From: Bacteriovoracaceae bacterium | GTDB lineage: Bacteria > Bdellovibrionota > Bacteriovoracia > Bacteriovoracales > Bacteriovoracaceae | Direction of reading: 5' to 3' | NCBI GenBank assembly: GCA_041586955.1 | Contig: JBFGZE010000001.1 | Coordinates: 1 to 64,000 of the forward strand | DNA: 64,000 nucleotides | Shown: piece by piece, positions 30,678 to 40,601 of the stretch | How positions within the stretch are numbered: position 1 is the stretch's first letter | Layout: each line of letters opens with the position of its first letter | Notes under the pieces: generated by a model | Seen by the model: only the letters and a program-made list of their open reading frames with translations | Databases searched by the model: none | What the model was told of the DNA's origin: nothing | Position numbers and translations under genes: made by a program

Positions 30678-32573
30678 ATGTCTATACTATGTCAATTGCG
30701 AAACCTCACATTAAGCTTTCAAAGCAAGGCCCTCTTTAACCAAACAGAGTTAAAAATCGAATATGGCGATCAAATTGGTCTCCTAGGTCTTAATGGCCAG
30801 GGGAAATCCTCCCTTTTTAAAATCCTAACGGGGAATCTTAGTCCAGACCTCAGTATCCCCCCCTTTGAGTTTCATAAAGCTCAAAGTGAATCGAAGCACC
30901 CATTTAGCGCCTTCCTAGTCCCCCAGGAACCGCTCATTCCAAAGAGTGAAACCACCATTTCCCATTATATTTGGGAATATTTTCCTAAACTCAAACATTC
31001 ATTTTACGCCATGAATGATGATTCCAACGCCCAAGAAGATTTTGAAAAAAACGGTGGTTGGGATCTCCTCTTAAAATATGAATCCATGCTCAAGGCCTAT
31101 TCCATCCTCGATCACGAGCGTCTTTTTCATACTTTAAGTGGTGGTGAGCAGAAACGTATTCTTTTGGCGATCGGCCTATGCGCTCCTCAAAGCTTAATTT
31201 TATGGGATGAACCCACCAACCATTTAGATATCGAAACGATTAAGCAATTTGAAGAAGATCTTATTGATTTAAAAAAGACGTTCATTCTCATTAGCCACGA
31301 CCGCTATATTCTTAGTAAAGTATGCAATCGCATTATGGCCATTGCTCACTCTAAGATTCAAGAATTCCGCGGTAATTATGCCGATTACCTGCGTTTTGTT
31401 TCCGAGCAAGAAGAGCAGAGGCTTAGAACCCTCGATAAGATTGAAAACCGCCTGCGACGAGAAACAGATTGGATGCGCCAGGGAATTAAGGCCCGTGGTT
31501 GTCGTAGTAAAAAACGGGTCGAAAATTATCACGGCCTCAAAGATCAATTGGCCGATATAAAAAATAAGCAAATCAAAAAATTATCATTGGAGTTAAATGC
31601 TGGCGCTAAGCAAACAAAACAATTGGTAGAATTTAAAAATACATCCTTTACCTACGGCGACCGTCCTATCATTAAAGATTTCACGGCCCAAGTTTTCAAA
31701 AAAGATCGTATTGGCATCATTGGCCCCAATGGAGTCGGTAAATCCACCCTTCTCAAGTTAATTTGCCAAGAGCTTGCACCGACAGGAGGTCAAGTTAAAA
31801 AGGCCAATGATCTCAAGATCTGTTATTTTGATCAAAAAAAAGAAGGGCTCAATGAGGAATTGACCCCACAGGAATTACTAGGACAAGGCCGGGATATTGT
31901 TCATCTTCCCAGTGGGCATTCAATGCATTGTAGCGGCTATTTGCAAAAATTTCTTTTTAGTAAGGAAGATATCGCTCGTCCTATTAAAAGTCTTTCAGGT
32001 GGTGAAAAAGCACGACTGCAATTGGCGATAAACCTCACCCAGGCCGGAGATATTTGGATTTTTGATGAGCCCACGAATGATTTAGATCTTACAACCTTGG
32101 AAATTCTCGAGGACACCCTCTCCGAATTTGCAGGTACCATTATTTTAATTAGTCACGATCGTTCTTTTCTCAGCAATGTGACTAATAAAATATGGTTTTT
32201 TAATGATGGTGGTATTGAACTTTTCAATGGAGGCTATGACCAAATTGAAGCTTATATTGAGGCCATCTCGTTAGAGAAAAGTCTGGCGCAGCAAGGCCCA
32301 GAAGAAGATATTATTGAATCGACACCAAAGATCATTGATAACCCGACACCAAAAAAGTCGACCCCTCACACCAAAGCTCGGCTGCAAAAAATTGAAAGCA
32401 CCATCATCAAAAATGAAGCAACTATTGAACAAATTGATCAATTATTATTGCAAATGTCTCAAAGTAATATTGACCAAGAGACGGGCCTTAAAATGGGTCA
32501 ATTGAGCGACAAAAAAAGTGTTTTGGAAGAGGAATTACTTTTTCTCTACGAAGAAATGGAAGAGTTAACATAA
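30678..32573 (+). CDS. ABC-F family ATP-binding protein (Uup-like)
   Basis: Two ABC domains (GLNGQGKS/LSGGE/DEPTNHLD; GPNGVGKS/LSGGE/DEPTNDLD), W..QGIKAR linker, C-terminal coiled coil, no TM. Confidence 0.92.
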   Translation: MSILCQLRNLTLSFQSKALFNQTELKIEYGDQIGLLGLNGQGKSSLFKILTGNLSPDLSIPPFEFHKAQSESKHPFSAFLVPQEPLIPKSETTISHYIWEYFPKLKHSFYAMNDDSNAQEDFEKNGGWDLLLKYESMLKAYSILDHERLFHTLSGGEQKRILLAIGLCAPQSLILWDEPTNHLDIETIKQFEEDLIDLKKTFILISHDRYILSKVCNRIMAIAHSKIQEFRGNYADYLRFVSEQEEQRLRTLDKIENRLRRETDWMRQGIKARGCRSKKRVENYHGLKDQLADIKNKQIKKLSLELNAGAKQTKQLVEFKNTSFTYGDRPIIKDFTAQVFKKDRIGIIGPNGVGKSTLLKLICQELAPTGGQVKKANDLKICYFDQKKEGLNEELTPQELLGQGRDIVHLPSGHSMHCSGYLQKFLFSKEDIARPIKSLSGGEKARLQLAINLTQAGDIWIFDEPTNDLDLTTLEILEDTLSEFAGTIILISHDRSFLSNVTNKIWFFNDGGIELFNGGYDQIEAYIEAISLEKSLAQQGPEEDIIESTPKIIDNPTPKKSTPHTKARLQKIESTIIKNEATIEQIDQLLLQMSQSNIDQETGLKMGQLSDKKSVLEEELLFLYEEMEELT

Positions 32574-32647
32574 CCTAACTCAGTCCTTTTTTGGTCAAAC
32601 TGCACCTTGCGTAGTATCACCCCCCTTCTAGAATAAACCCCGTTAAT

Positions 32648-32663
32648 TGGCATTCACTTTGCT
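32648..32663 (+). promoter_or_regulatory. Sigma54 (-24/-12) promoter
   Basis: TGGCATTCACTTTGCT matches TGGCAC-N5-TTGCW with one mismatch; 37 nt before ATG 32701. Confidence 0.75.
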
Positions 32664-32700
32664 ACTTCCTTTTAAGTTTTAAAACAACAAGGAGGGTAAG

Positions 32701-33519
32701 ATGCTCATTAAAATTAAAGCGCTATTACTAATATCAGTCATGATTTTCTCCGTTGAAATTTCACAGGCGGCGTCAGCAAGATCGTCTGCTATTACTCTCT
32801 GGGATGGCAATTGCTCTGGAGGGACCCGGTCATGGTGGGATGACATGTGTATGAAGTGGAGAAAAAGAATGGGCTCCAACGGTTGGTCTCAATGGTGGCG
32901 AAATTATAGTTTAGTCAAAGTTGATCGTTTCACAGATTCAACTGTCGCTGCTTATGGTAATGACCATACAAATATTGATGGTGGTGATGCCGCCTTACTT
33001 TGTACCCATGGAGGCTGGGATGATGACGGCTGGTGGGGACTTATGCATACCAGACAATTTGGCTGGTGTGGTATCAAGCAAAAAAATATGCGCTTGGGCA
33101 AAACTAATGGCAAGCTACGCTTTTGGCATATGTCTTCCTGTAATTCTGTCCGCTGGAGCAAACGCCTCAAATGGTTTACAGCGGCAGGACACAAGGTTCA
33201 TGTGGTGACAGGCTTTCATGGTTGGATGTATATCGGCAGCAAGTACGTCAATGAATATCGGGAATTGGCCAAACATGCCTTTAGTTCAAAAGGTGTTGGC
33301 CGCGTATGGATGGATAAAATGCATCACGTAGACCATTGGTATAATGGATGGAAAACCATTTGTCCCATCTCTCTTGGTTTTGGAAGCACCTCCGCCCAAG
33401 CGGCCAATGCTCATAACGAAAAGTATAAATGGAAATACTCGGACAAGACCAATAATTGGATGAATTGGCGCTACTATAGAAGATGCGACCCCAATGGTGG
33501 ACCTAGGCTTCCTAATTAA
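32701..33519 (+). CDS. Secreted Trp-rich protein resembling DUF6345 (possible caspase/gingipain-fold His-Cys dyad)
   Basis: Signal peptide ending SQA; ALLCTHGG, LRFWHMSSCNSV, HVVTGFHG; AAGGAGGG RBS. Confidence 0.6.
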   Translation: MLIKIKALLLISVMIFSVEISQAASARSSAITLWDGNCSGGTRSWWDDMCMKWRKRMGSNGWSQWWRNYSLVKVDRFTDSTVAAYGNDHTNIDGGDAALLCTHGGWDDDGWWGLMHTRQFGWCGIKQKNMRLGKTNGKLRFWHMSSCNSVRWSKRLKWFTAAGHKVHVVTGFHGWMYIGSKYVNEYRELAKHAFSSKGVGRVWMDKMHHVDHWYNGWKTICPISLGFGSTSAQAANAHNEKYKWKYSDKTNNWMNWRYYRRCDPNGGPRLPN

Positions 33520-33557
33520 AGACGATTGAATCAACGCAATAAATAAAGGAGATAATT

Positions 33558-34685
33558 ATGATACCTTTCAAAATGATCATGATCTTATCAACAAGTCTTA
33601 TATTAGGACCGATTGCGGCACAAAATATTGATAATGATGACAAAGATATTAAAAGACGTGTTCGCCCCATTCCAGTACGCCCCACTCCCATTCGCCCCAT
33701 TCCAGTGCGACCTATTCCCATTCGACCAATTCCGAGTAATGCCTTTAAAAAATCATTAGGGACTCCGCGGAATATGATGGACACATTCAGCACAAACCTC
33801 AATAGCGCCGTCAAAAAAAGTTTCCCCACCTATAAAGAAGGCCAATTAACTCAGGTTTTGAGTAATATCAAAAAACAATTTCCACAGGGTGTTCCAGGCC
33901 ATTCCGTTAAAAACTATTCTCTTCTTCAACGTCTCTTTGACTTTCCCAAAACATCTATTCGTTCACGAAATTCATTGGTTCTAGGACCTCAAACTGAAGA
34001 CCGTCAAGGCCATCGTTTTACATATGGCATAGATATTGTTGAGGATAAACTTTTTGTTCACCATAATTTAGAGGATAAAAAACCCCTGCCTTATAAAACG
34101 GCCCTTAAAAAATTACGTCTGGTTAAAAGAGAGCATCAGAGTCTGATTAAAAAGATGGGAATTCAAAACAACCAAATGCTCTTTTCAAATACGGATCTCA
34201 TTTTAATCCAGGGCCAAACTGATCCCAAGTTAGGAACTGTCAAAAAATCAACTCTAATGGCAGATAGTATCTTTACCTATGGCCTACGACATGTGAATGG
34301 TATTATGGTTGAAGAGAATTATATCAAATTATATTCAAAAGATAGTCAATCGTTTGAGGGTGCCGATATCAAATGGCCGACTATTAAATTTCATCCCTCT
34401 ATTAGAGAGTTCAAGTTAAAGAATAAAAGAATACTTATGCGTCTCATTACTCAAAAATTAAAAAGGGAAATGAATGCCAAATCAGCTTCTAACGTAAAAA
34501 TGGCAGTGGTTCTTCGTCCAGTAAAATTACATCAATCAAGGCCTGCTTTTTATATTCCCTCAATAAAAGTTGGTGCCTATTCAAAAAATGGCGAAGCCGG
34601 GAATTTATTCTATGTCGACCTTCTCGCTCAAACCGTTAAATATATTAATGAAGATGCAAAAGATAGCTCTCAGGCCTCCCAATAA
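33558..34685 (+). CDS. Hypothetical secreted basic protein with N-terminal RPIP repeats
   Basis: Signal peptide, AAAGGAG RBS, five RP[IT]P[VIS] units. Confidence 0.75.
   Translation: MIPFKMIMILSTSLILGPIAAQNIDNDDKDIKRRVRPIPVRPTPIRPIPVRPIPIRPIPSNAFKKSLGTPRNMMDTFSTNLNSAVKKSFPTYKEGQLTQVLSNIKKQFPQGVPGHSVKNYSLLQRLFDFPKTSIRSRNSLVLGPQTEDRQGHRFTYGIDIVEDKLFVHHNLEDKKPLPYKTALKKLRLVKREHQSLIKKMGIQNNQMLFSNTDLILIQGQTDPKLGTVKKSTLMADSIFTYGLRHVNGIMVEENYIKLYSKDSQSFEGADIKWPTIKFHPSIREFKLKNKRILMRLITQKLKREMNAKSASNVKMAVVLRPVKLHQSRPAFYIPSIKVGAYSKNGEAGNLFYVDLLAQTVKYINEDAKDSSQASQ
33663..33737 (+). repeat. Five 15-nt coding tandem repeats (RPIPV/RPTPI/RPIPV/RPIPI/RPIPS)
   Basis: cgccccattccagta cgccccactcccatt cgccccattccagtg cgacctattcccatt cgaccaattccgagt. 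Confidence 0.9.
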
Positions 34686-34696
34686 AGTCTTCCTCC

Positions 34697-34722
34697 AGGC
34701 CCGAGGACTTCCCCGGGCCTTT
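34697..34722 (+). terminator. Putative intrinsic terminator closing the two-gene operon
   Basis: AGGCCCG...CGGGCCT stem followed by a short T-run. Confidence 0.6.
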
Positions 34723-34763
34723 CCCCCTTAACTTTCTCTTATTAATTCCGATAAGATAAGAGT

Positions 34764-35603
34764 ATGTGTCGCTTATTTGGTTTTCGCTCTATTATTCAAT
34801 CCCAGGTTCACTCAAGCCTCGTTAGTGCTGAGAATGCATTGGCGATTCAAAGTGGAGACCATCCTGATGGATGGGGAGTTGCTTATTATATTCACGGTTC
34901 ACCCCATGTCGTAAAATCTACCCAGGCCGCGATCTCTGATAATATCTTTAAACGACTATCTGGTGTGGTCAGTTCACAAACAGTATTGGCCCATATCCGC
35001 AACGCTACTTTGGGCCAAAAAAATATATTGAACACCCATCCCTTTCAATATGGTAGTTGGGTTTTTGCTCATAACGGTAATATTAAAAACTTTGATCAAT
35101 ATCGAGATGATATTACCAATGAAATCCCTCCCCACCTCCGGCGCTTTATTCTCGGAAAAACTGATAGTGAGCTGCTCTTTTATTTGGTGCTAAGTAATAT
35201 TAATAAAAGAACAGAACTAGATATCAAAAATTGCGACATCCATCACATTAAGGAAGCCATTCAAGAAAGTATTCAATTTCTTACACAATTAGTTGGTGAT
35301 TTCTCGAAAGTGGATAATGCCGGTAATACTGAGACCTATTTTACTTTTATTATTTCTAATGGTCACACTATGGCCGCTCATCATGGTGGCAAAAATCTAT
35401 TTTATAGTACCTATAAAAAGCGCTGTGATGAACGTGATACTTGTCCCTACTTTTCTCCCGTGTGTGAACAAAAGACTCAGAGTGGAATTATTAACCACTT
35501 ACTTTTTTCTTCCGAGCCTCTGTCTGGAGAAAATATATGGACGGCCATGAGGCCGGGGCAAATTATTGGAATTGATAGTAATATGCACCTTTACCTATTT
35601 TGA
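34764..35603 (+). CDS. Class II glutamine amidotransferase (EgtC/YafJ-like Ntn hydrolase)
   Basis: N-terminal MCRL, HPDGWG, LAHIRNAT, NTHPF, FAHNG, TDSE, SEPL. Confidence 0.92.
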   Translation: MCRLFGFRSIIQSQVHSSLVSAENALAIQSGDHPDGWGVAYYIHGSPHVVKSTQAAISDNIFKRLSGVVSSQTVLAHIRNATLGQKNILNTHPFQYGSWVFAHNGNIKNFDQYRDDITNEIPPHLRRFILGKTDSELLFYLVLSNINKRTELDIKNCDIHHIKEAIQESIQFLTQLVGDFSKVDNAGNTETYFTFIISNGHTMAAHHGGKNLFYSTYKKRCDERDTCPYFSPVCEQKTQSGIINHLLFSSEPLSGENIWTAMRPGQIIGIDSNMHLYLF

Positions 35604-35678
35604 AGCGGAGGGTTTTACCCTCTTATTTTCTGTCACTAAAAAAGATAAAATGAAAATAGGGATTATAATGCCCGCTTA

Positions 35679-36128
35679 ATGAGGTTCTCAATGAATTTAA
35701 TAATTAAAGCTATTCTTCTTTCTTCCCTTTTAATGGCGTTTACCCTTAAGGGCCACGCCAGAAGCCCAGCAGTAGAACCAGTTCTAGAATTATCTGATAA
35801 AACCCAAAGACCAACTCGGCCTGAAAACCATAACCGCGGCTATACTTTTAGCAACCCTGGTCGCATACCGACAAGTTTCGAGGCCCCTGGAGCAACAGGT
35901 ACTCGTTGGCCAGAACTCATTACACTTTTTCTTTTAGGGTCATTACCTATTCTTCTGCGTTTTACCTTATTACAAAATTATCGAACAGCTCATGCCCAAG
36001 GTGATTTTAATACTCAATTAAAAACGACGCTTGAAGAACATGATAATGTTATTTCTTTAGAAAAGCATAAGTCGAATAAAAATGAAGTTGGTTCAACATC
36101 AGATGATGACATTAAAAAGGCCGGTTAG
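35679..36128 (+). CDS. Hypothetical protein with signal peptide and one TM helix
   Basis: Signal ending GHA; internal hydrophobic segment; charged tail. Confidence 0.65.
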   Translation: MRFSMNLIIKAILLSSLLMAFTLKGHARSPAVEPVLELSDKTQRPTRPENHNRGYTFSNPGRIPTSFEAPGATGTRWPELITLFLLGSLPILLRFTLLQNYRTAHAQGDFNTQLKTTLEEHDNVISLEKHKSNKNEVGSTSDDDIKKAG

Positions 36129-36812
36129 TTAAAAAGTACTTTTCTTGCTGCCGACCCAGCCCTTTTCCTTTGAAAAATAATAAACACGTGTAATTTTTGA
36201 AAAGCGCACGGCAATCTCACGGGTTCCATCTCTATTAAAATCCACAAGACTTATCTCTTGTTTTCGTTGATGGTAATTTTTTTTAAAGTCTAAATGCTCA
36301 TCCCAGATATAAGGACCTTTGTAGAGAGGATAAAACTTGAAGGTTTTTGGACTATAGGTAAGTAGATACAGACGAGCTGTTCCTTGAAACTCAAGGTACT
36401 TACTCGTTCCTTCATAATAATAAATGAGAAGAGTGTTGAGGTCTTTTGAGGTCTTTCTCATTTGTACTTTGAAAATACGAGATAGGGGACCTAGGGGGAA
36501 TAACTCCTCCTCTAAAATCAACTTTTTCTTATGATCCCTAATCGTAATGAGGTCCTTACCATCGATCTTAGAAACGAACAAAGATTCTCTAACGCCATCA
36601 TTATTAAGGTCTAATTGATAATTGGGTGAACGGTGCTTGAACTTCGCCTCTTTCTTAAACTTCGCCGATTTGGGTGTTTCCTTATGACGCCCCTTGGAAA
36701 GCATAAGACGGAAGGTTCTCTCATCTTGAGAAAATCCTAGGGAAATAAAGAAAATTACATACTTAATATAAATCATTAATCCTATTATAGGCCTTAGAAG
36801 CGTTAAACCCAA
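36129..36812 (-). CDS. Hypothetical secreted protein with FG-GAP/EF-like Dx[DN]xDG motifs
   Basis: DLNNDGVRE and DFNRDGTRE; true start probably MIYIKY (36776). Confidence 0.65.
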   Translation of the reverse strand: MGLTLLRPIIGLMIYIKYVIFFISLGFSQDERTFRLMLSKGRHKETPKSAKFKKEAKFKHRSPNYQLDLNNDGVRESLFVSKIDGKDLITIRDHKKKLILEEELFPLGPLSRIFKVQMRKTSKDLNTLLIYYYEGTSKYLEFQGTARLYLLTYSPKTFKFYPLYKGPYIWDEHLDFKKNYHQRKQEISLVDFNRDGTREIAVRFSKITRVYYFSKEKGWVGSKKSTF

Positions 36813-36890
36813 TCAATTACTCACTGCATAACACAAATCGGGGCAAAGAATGGACGGCCCAAGTGAGACGCGATAGAATTTCCCCACAAA

Positions 36891-37667
36891 ATGCAGATAA
36901 GGAACGTTTTTATGCAATTTTCATTGGCCTATGTGAAGTCTAACCAACAATTCATCCTTCAAACCTTCTCTCAAAATGTGGAAAATAACTCCATCAAAAT
37001 CATGGATTTAGAATTTCTCAAAAAAGAAAGTATTCAGGGAATCATCGTTCCCAACGAATTATTACAAGATGATACTCTTTTTACGACCCTCACAGAAGAA
37101 TGTAAATTTGCTCCCATTAAGGCCTCTGAAGAAATTGGTCTCAATAGTGATTCATTTGAGGGCCTTAATTACGAAACAGCGAAATCCACTTATGAGGGTC
37201 TTGTTAATAACTGGACCCTCCAAAACAATATCAATCTTTTAGATGAACTCTTCCCTGTCCTGACTCATTTAAAAGGTCTTTTCCCTAATGATCGCACCGC
37301 CTTTTTTGAAGAATTGTGGTTTCTTCTTAAAACCAATTTAGGCGCCCATAATTTAAAAATGATTTATAATCATATGAAGAAAGGGAAAAAAGACGGGGAA
37401 AAGAATCAATTAATCCAAGTTAAAATTGATGGTAACCGCCACCCAGAACCTCAACCAGGTGACGAATTCTCCAGTCAATTAATGAGCGTTTATAAAAACT
37501 CCTTTGAAAATATTTTTGAAGTGGCCGACTTTGATCCCCATAAAGGTGAGCTGGTTCTAACGGCGACAATCAATAAAAGCCCCGTTATTATAATGGCGAA
37601 TGTCACCCAATTTTCACGCCTCCAAAAAAGTTTAATCAAGGCAATTTTTACAGGTCTTCAGTCTTAA
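36891..37667 (+). CDS. Hypothetical protein
   Basis: 258-codon ORF with plausible codon usage; no motif recognised. Confidence 0.7.
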   Translation: MQIRNVFMQFSLAYVKSNQQFILQTFSQNVENNSIKIMDLEFLKKESIQGIIVPNELLQDDTLFTTLTEECKFAPIKASEEIGLNSDSFEGLNYETAKSTYEGLVNNWTLQNNINLLDELFPVLTHLKGLFPNDRTAFFEELWFLLKTNLGAHNLKMIYNHMKKGKKDGEKNQLIQVKIDGNRHPEPQPGDEFSSQLMSVYKNSFENIFEVADFDPHKGELVLTATINKSPVIIMANVTQFSRLQKSLIKAIFTGLQS

Positions 37668-38893
37668 TAATAGGCTTCAAAGTCAAATGTATACCTCGTC
37701 TCTTTAATCATACGAGGTTTCAATTGCCTTTGAAGCTCCTTATCCTCAAGATACACGAGATGTGGAAGATTATCTGAATTCTCCCTCATCCCAAGAGGCA
37801 ATAAATTAATAAAGTCCGGCCTTATTCCAATAATAATTGAATCTCCTAGTATCGCCTCTTCCAATTTTAATTTCCCCACAAGAACCTTTCCCTCTTGCTT
37901 AAAAGCAATTGAAATAGAGGGGATTTCCATAATGCCTATCTTTTCTCCTCTTACTTGAATAAATATTTGATCTAATATTAGCTCATTTATAATAAGTCGC
38001 TTCTTCTCTTCTCGCACGAGAGTCGAAACCCATTCATCCACTCGCTTTTTGCCCCATTGAATATCAATTCCGCCACGAGAGACTCGTCGTCTTATAAGAT
38101 ATTTAAAATCTATTTCTTGAACTTCAGTTTTTATAATATTTTTATATTCAAATAATTTGAGAGAAAACTCAATCACAGAACCCTTATTTAATTTAAAACT
38201 TATTTCAGGAACCTCTTTTAATTGAATGCTGGTCGTAGACTGTAAAAAAAAGAGTAATTTATCTTCTAGTATTATATTATTTTCATTGCTAATAAAATCC
38301 CTTTGCGCAATGTCCCTTCCCTTTTTATCGAGGCCATAAATCATTTCATCCGCAGGAAAATTTAAGGATCTTTCCTTTCGCTGACAAATAATATTGAGAT
38401 CACCTTCCTTAAGCTTTAATAATTCGATCTTGTTAAAAGAAAATATTAATTTATTTCGAAGCGGTGTCATTTTTTTAAGGAGAGCACCTTTAATATTCTC
38501 TTCAACTCTCTCCAAAACCTGACAAGATTCCAATGACCGATCTGTTTCTATAATAAACTCAAGACTCTCACCTTCTTTTAACTTCTGGTATAAATATTGA
38601 TACTCTTGTTTTTTAAAAAACTGAGAATATGACCAGGTTAAAAAGTATTCGCTAAGATTTTGTGACTTTATAGACTCAGAACCTTGAAGAACTTCAAGAG
38701 GCAAAAAAAGAAGACGTAAATCTTCAATCGCTCGAGCACTGTGCCCATTTTTGACCGTGAACCTCTGTTGAGAAACTTTGGGGTAATAAGTTAGAGATAA
38801 TGGTGAAACCTGATACGATAAATTGTTTTTTTTTTCTTTTGCACAACTACTTAAAAGAATAACACTTAATAAAATAATTAACCGTAATGGCAT
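37664..38893 (-). CDS. Hypothetical lipoprotein
   Basis: Lipobox LLSSC; GGAGG RBS. Confidence 0.7.
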   Translation of the reverse strand: MPLRLIILLSVILLSSCAKEKKNNLSYQVSPLSLTYYPKVSQQRFTVKNGHSARAIEDLRLLFLPLEVLQGSESIKSQNLSEYFLTWSYSQFFKKQEYQYLYQKLKEGESLEFIIETDRSLESCQVLERVEENIKGALLKKMTPLRNKLIFSFNKIELLKLKEGDLNIICQRKERSLNFPADEMIYGLDKKGRDIAQRDFISNENNIILEDKLLFFLQSTTSIQLKEVPEISFKLNKGSVIEFSLKLFEYKNIIKTEVQEIDFKYLIRRRVSRGGIDIQWGKKRVDEWVSTLVREEKKRLIINELILDQIFIQVRGEKIGIMEIPSISIAFKQEGKVLVGKLKLEEAILGDSIIIGIRPDFINLLPLGMRENSDNLPHLVYLEDKELQRQLKPRMIKETRYTFDFEAYY

Positions 38894-38976
38894 AATCGCC
38901 TCCTCTATGACGAGAAGGCTAAATCAAAAATAGATTTTATTCATTAAGAATCATAAAATGAAGAGAGTTATTTCAT

Positions 38977-40599
38977 TTATGAATCGCGGCCACCAAAGCG
39001 CCCCAATTGCTCACCACCAAGTAAGTGAAAATGGGTATGGAACACGCTTTGACCCGCCCGTGGCCCCATATTTGTAACCACGCGAAAGCCCTTTTCTTCA
39101 AGTTCAGTCCCTGAGGTAAATTCGTTAATGGCCTTATAAATATGGATCACTTGATTGGGGTTTTTCTCTATCATATTATTAATGTCTGTCGAGTGACCTT
39201 TATGAACAAAGAGATAATGTTCTTTGGCCATGGGGGAAATGTCTTTAAATCCCAAGACAAGGTCATTTTCAAAAACTTTCTCGGAGGCAATTTTTTCTTC
39301 GATAATTTTACAAAAAAGGCAATCATCCGGTCGACCTTCTTCATCTACAGCAGAGGTATAGCGCTTAATTTTCACTCCCACCTGAGTGAATTTATTTTCA
39401 AGATCTTCATAACCTCGATCAAGATGATAAACTCGACGGATCTCCGTTTCACCTTCACAATAAAGGGCAGCGAGAATAAGAGCTGCCGAAGCACGTAGGT
39501 CAGTACACATAATAGGAGCAGGAACTAATTTCTTTCCACCATTAATAATCGCAGATTTGCCTTTCAAAGAAATATCAGCACCTAACCGCTCAAGTTCAGG
39601 GACGTGCATAAAGCGATTTTCGAATATGTTTTCAGTGATAATGGAAGGGCCTTTAATGGTGAGCATTAAGGCCATCATCTGAGCCTGAAGATCCGTAGGA
39701 AATCCAGGATAGGGAGCAGTATCAATATTTAAAGGTTTAAGGGTAGAAGGATAAACCTTAATACCTTCCTTAAAGACATCTATTTTAGCACCAGCTTCTC
39801 TCAATTTATCAATTACAAAATCAATATGATGGGGAACAAAACCAGTGATAGACAATTCAGACTGAGTCATTAACCCTGCCATTAAATAGGTCCCAGCTTC
39901 AATACGGTCACCGATCGCCTCATAAGTAATTTCTTTAACTTCTTTAATTCCCTGAATTTTTAGAGTTTTAGTCCCCACTCCCTCAATAGGAGCACCAAGG
40001 GCCATCAAAAAATGTGCCAGATCAGTGACCTCTGGCTCAAGGGCGGCATTATCAATAATGGTCTCCCCCTCTGCAAAGACAGCCGCCATCATTAGGTTTT
40101 CTGTTGCACCAACAGAAGGGAATGCCAGAACCACATTCGCACCTTTTAAATTTTTAGCTTCACAACTAACGTAGCCACTTTTTAATTCATAGGCGACGCC
40201 TAATTTTTTCAAATTGGTCAAATGAAGGTCAATGGGGCGTGTGCCAATGGCACAACCACCGGGCAATGAAACTTTTGCTTTTTTAAAGCGGCTCAGTAAC
40301 GGGCCTAGAACAAAAATAGAGGCCCGCATGGTTTTAACGAGATCATAGGTGGCCTCAACTGAAGTCACATTGGCAGCATTAAAGGTCGTAATCTCACCCT
40401 TTTCCTCAACTTCAACACCTAAGTGCCCAAGCAACTTTTTCATCGTTTGAATATCGCGCAATTTAGGCAAATTCTTCAGGTGGACGGGTTTGTCTGATAA
40501 AAGAACGGCCGCCAATATGGGTAAATAAGCATTTTTAGCTTTGGAAATTTTAATTTCTCCTGCCAAATGAGCAGGGCCATTAACAATCAATTTATCCAT
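38977..40599 (-). CDS. murA: UDP-N-acetylglucosamine 1-carboxyvinyltransferase fused to a C-terminal HIT domain
   Basis: AKNA, MRAS, LPGGCAIGTRP, GFPTDLQ, FENRF, DLRAS, HLDRGY; then CLFCKI...NMGPRAGQSVFHTHFHLLGG. Confidence 0.95.
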   Translation of the reverse strand: MDKLIVNGPAHLAGEIKISKAKNAYLPILAAVLLSDKPVHLKNLPKLRDIQTMKKLLGHLGVEVEEKGEITTFNAANVTSVEATYDLVKTMRASIFVLGPLLSRFKKAKVSLPGGCAIGTRPIDLHLTNLKKLGVAYELKSGYVSCEAKNLKGANVVLAFPSVGATENLMMAAVFAEGETIIDNAALEPEVTDLAHFLMALGAPIEGVGTKTLKIQGIKEVKEITYEAIGDRIEAGTYLMAGLMTQSELSITGFVPHHIDFVIDKLREAGAKIDVFKEGIKVYPSTLKPLNIDTAPYPGFPTDLQAQMMALMLTIKGPSIITENIFENRFMHVPELERLGADISLKGKSAIINGGKKLVPAPIMCTDLRASAALILAALYCEGETEIRRVYHLDRGYEDLENKFTQVGVKIKRYTSAVDEEGRPDDCLFCKIIEEKIASEKVFENDLVLGFKDISPMAKEHYLFVHKGHSTDINNMIEKNPNQVIHIYKAINEFTSGTELEEKGFRVVTNMGPRAGQSVFHTHFHLLGGEQLGRFGGRDS

Positions 40600-40601
40600 T
40601 T

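Noticed and set aside
33663..33737. CRISPR-like repeat array
   Set aside because: Units are contiguous 15-mers without spacers, in frame within a CDS; no cas genes
34764..35603. Ergothioneine biosynthesis cluster (egtC)
   Set aside because: No egtA/B/D genes nearby; only the family-level call is supported
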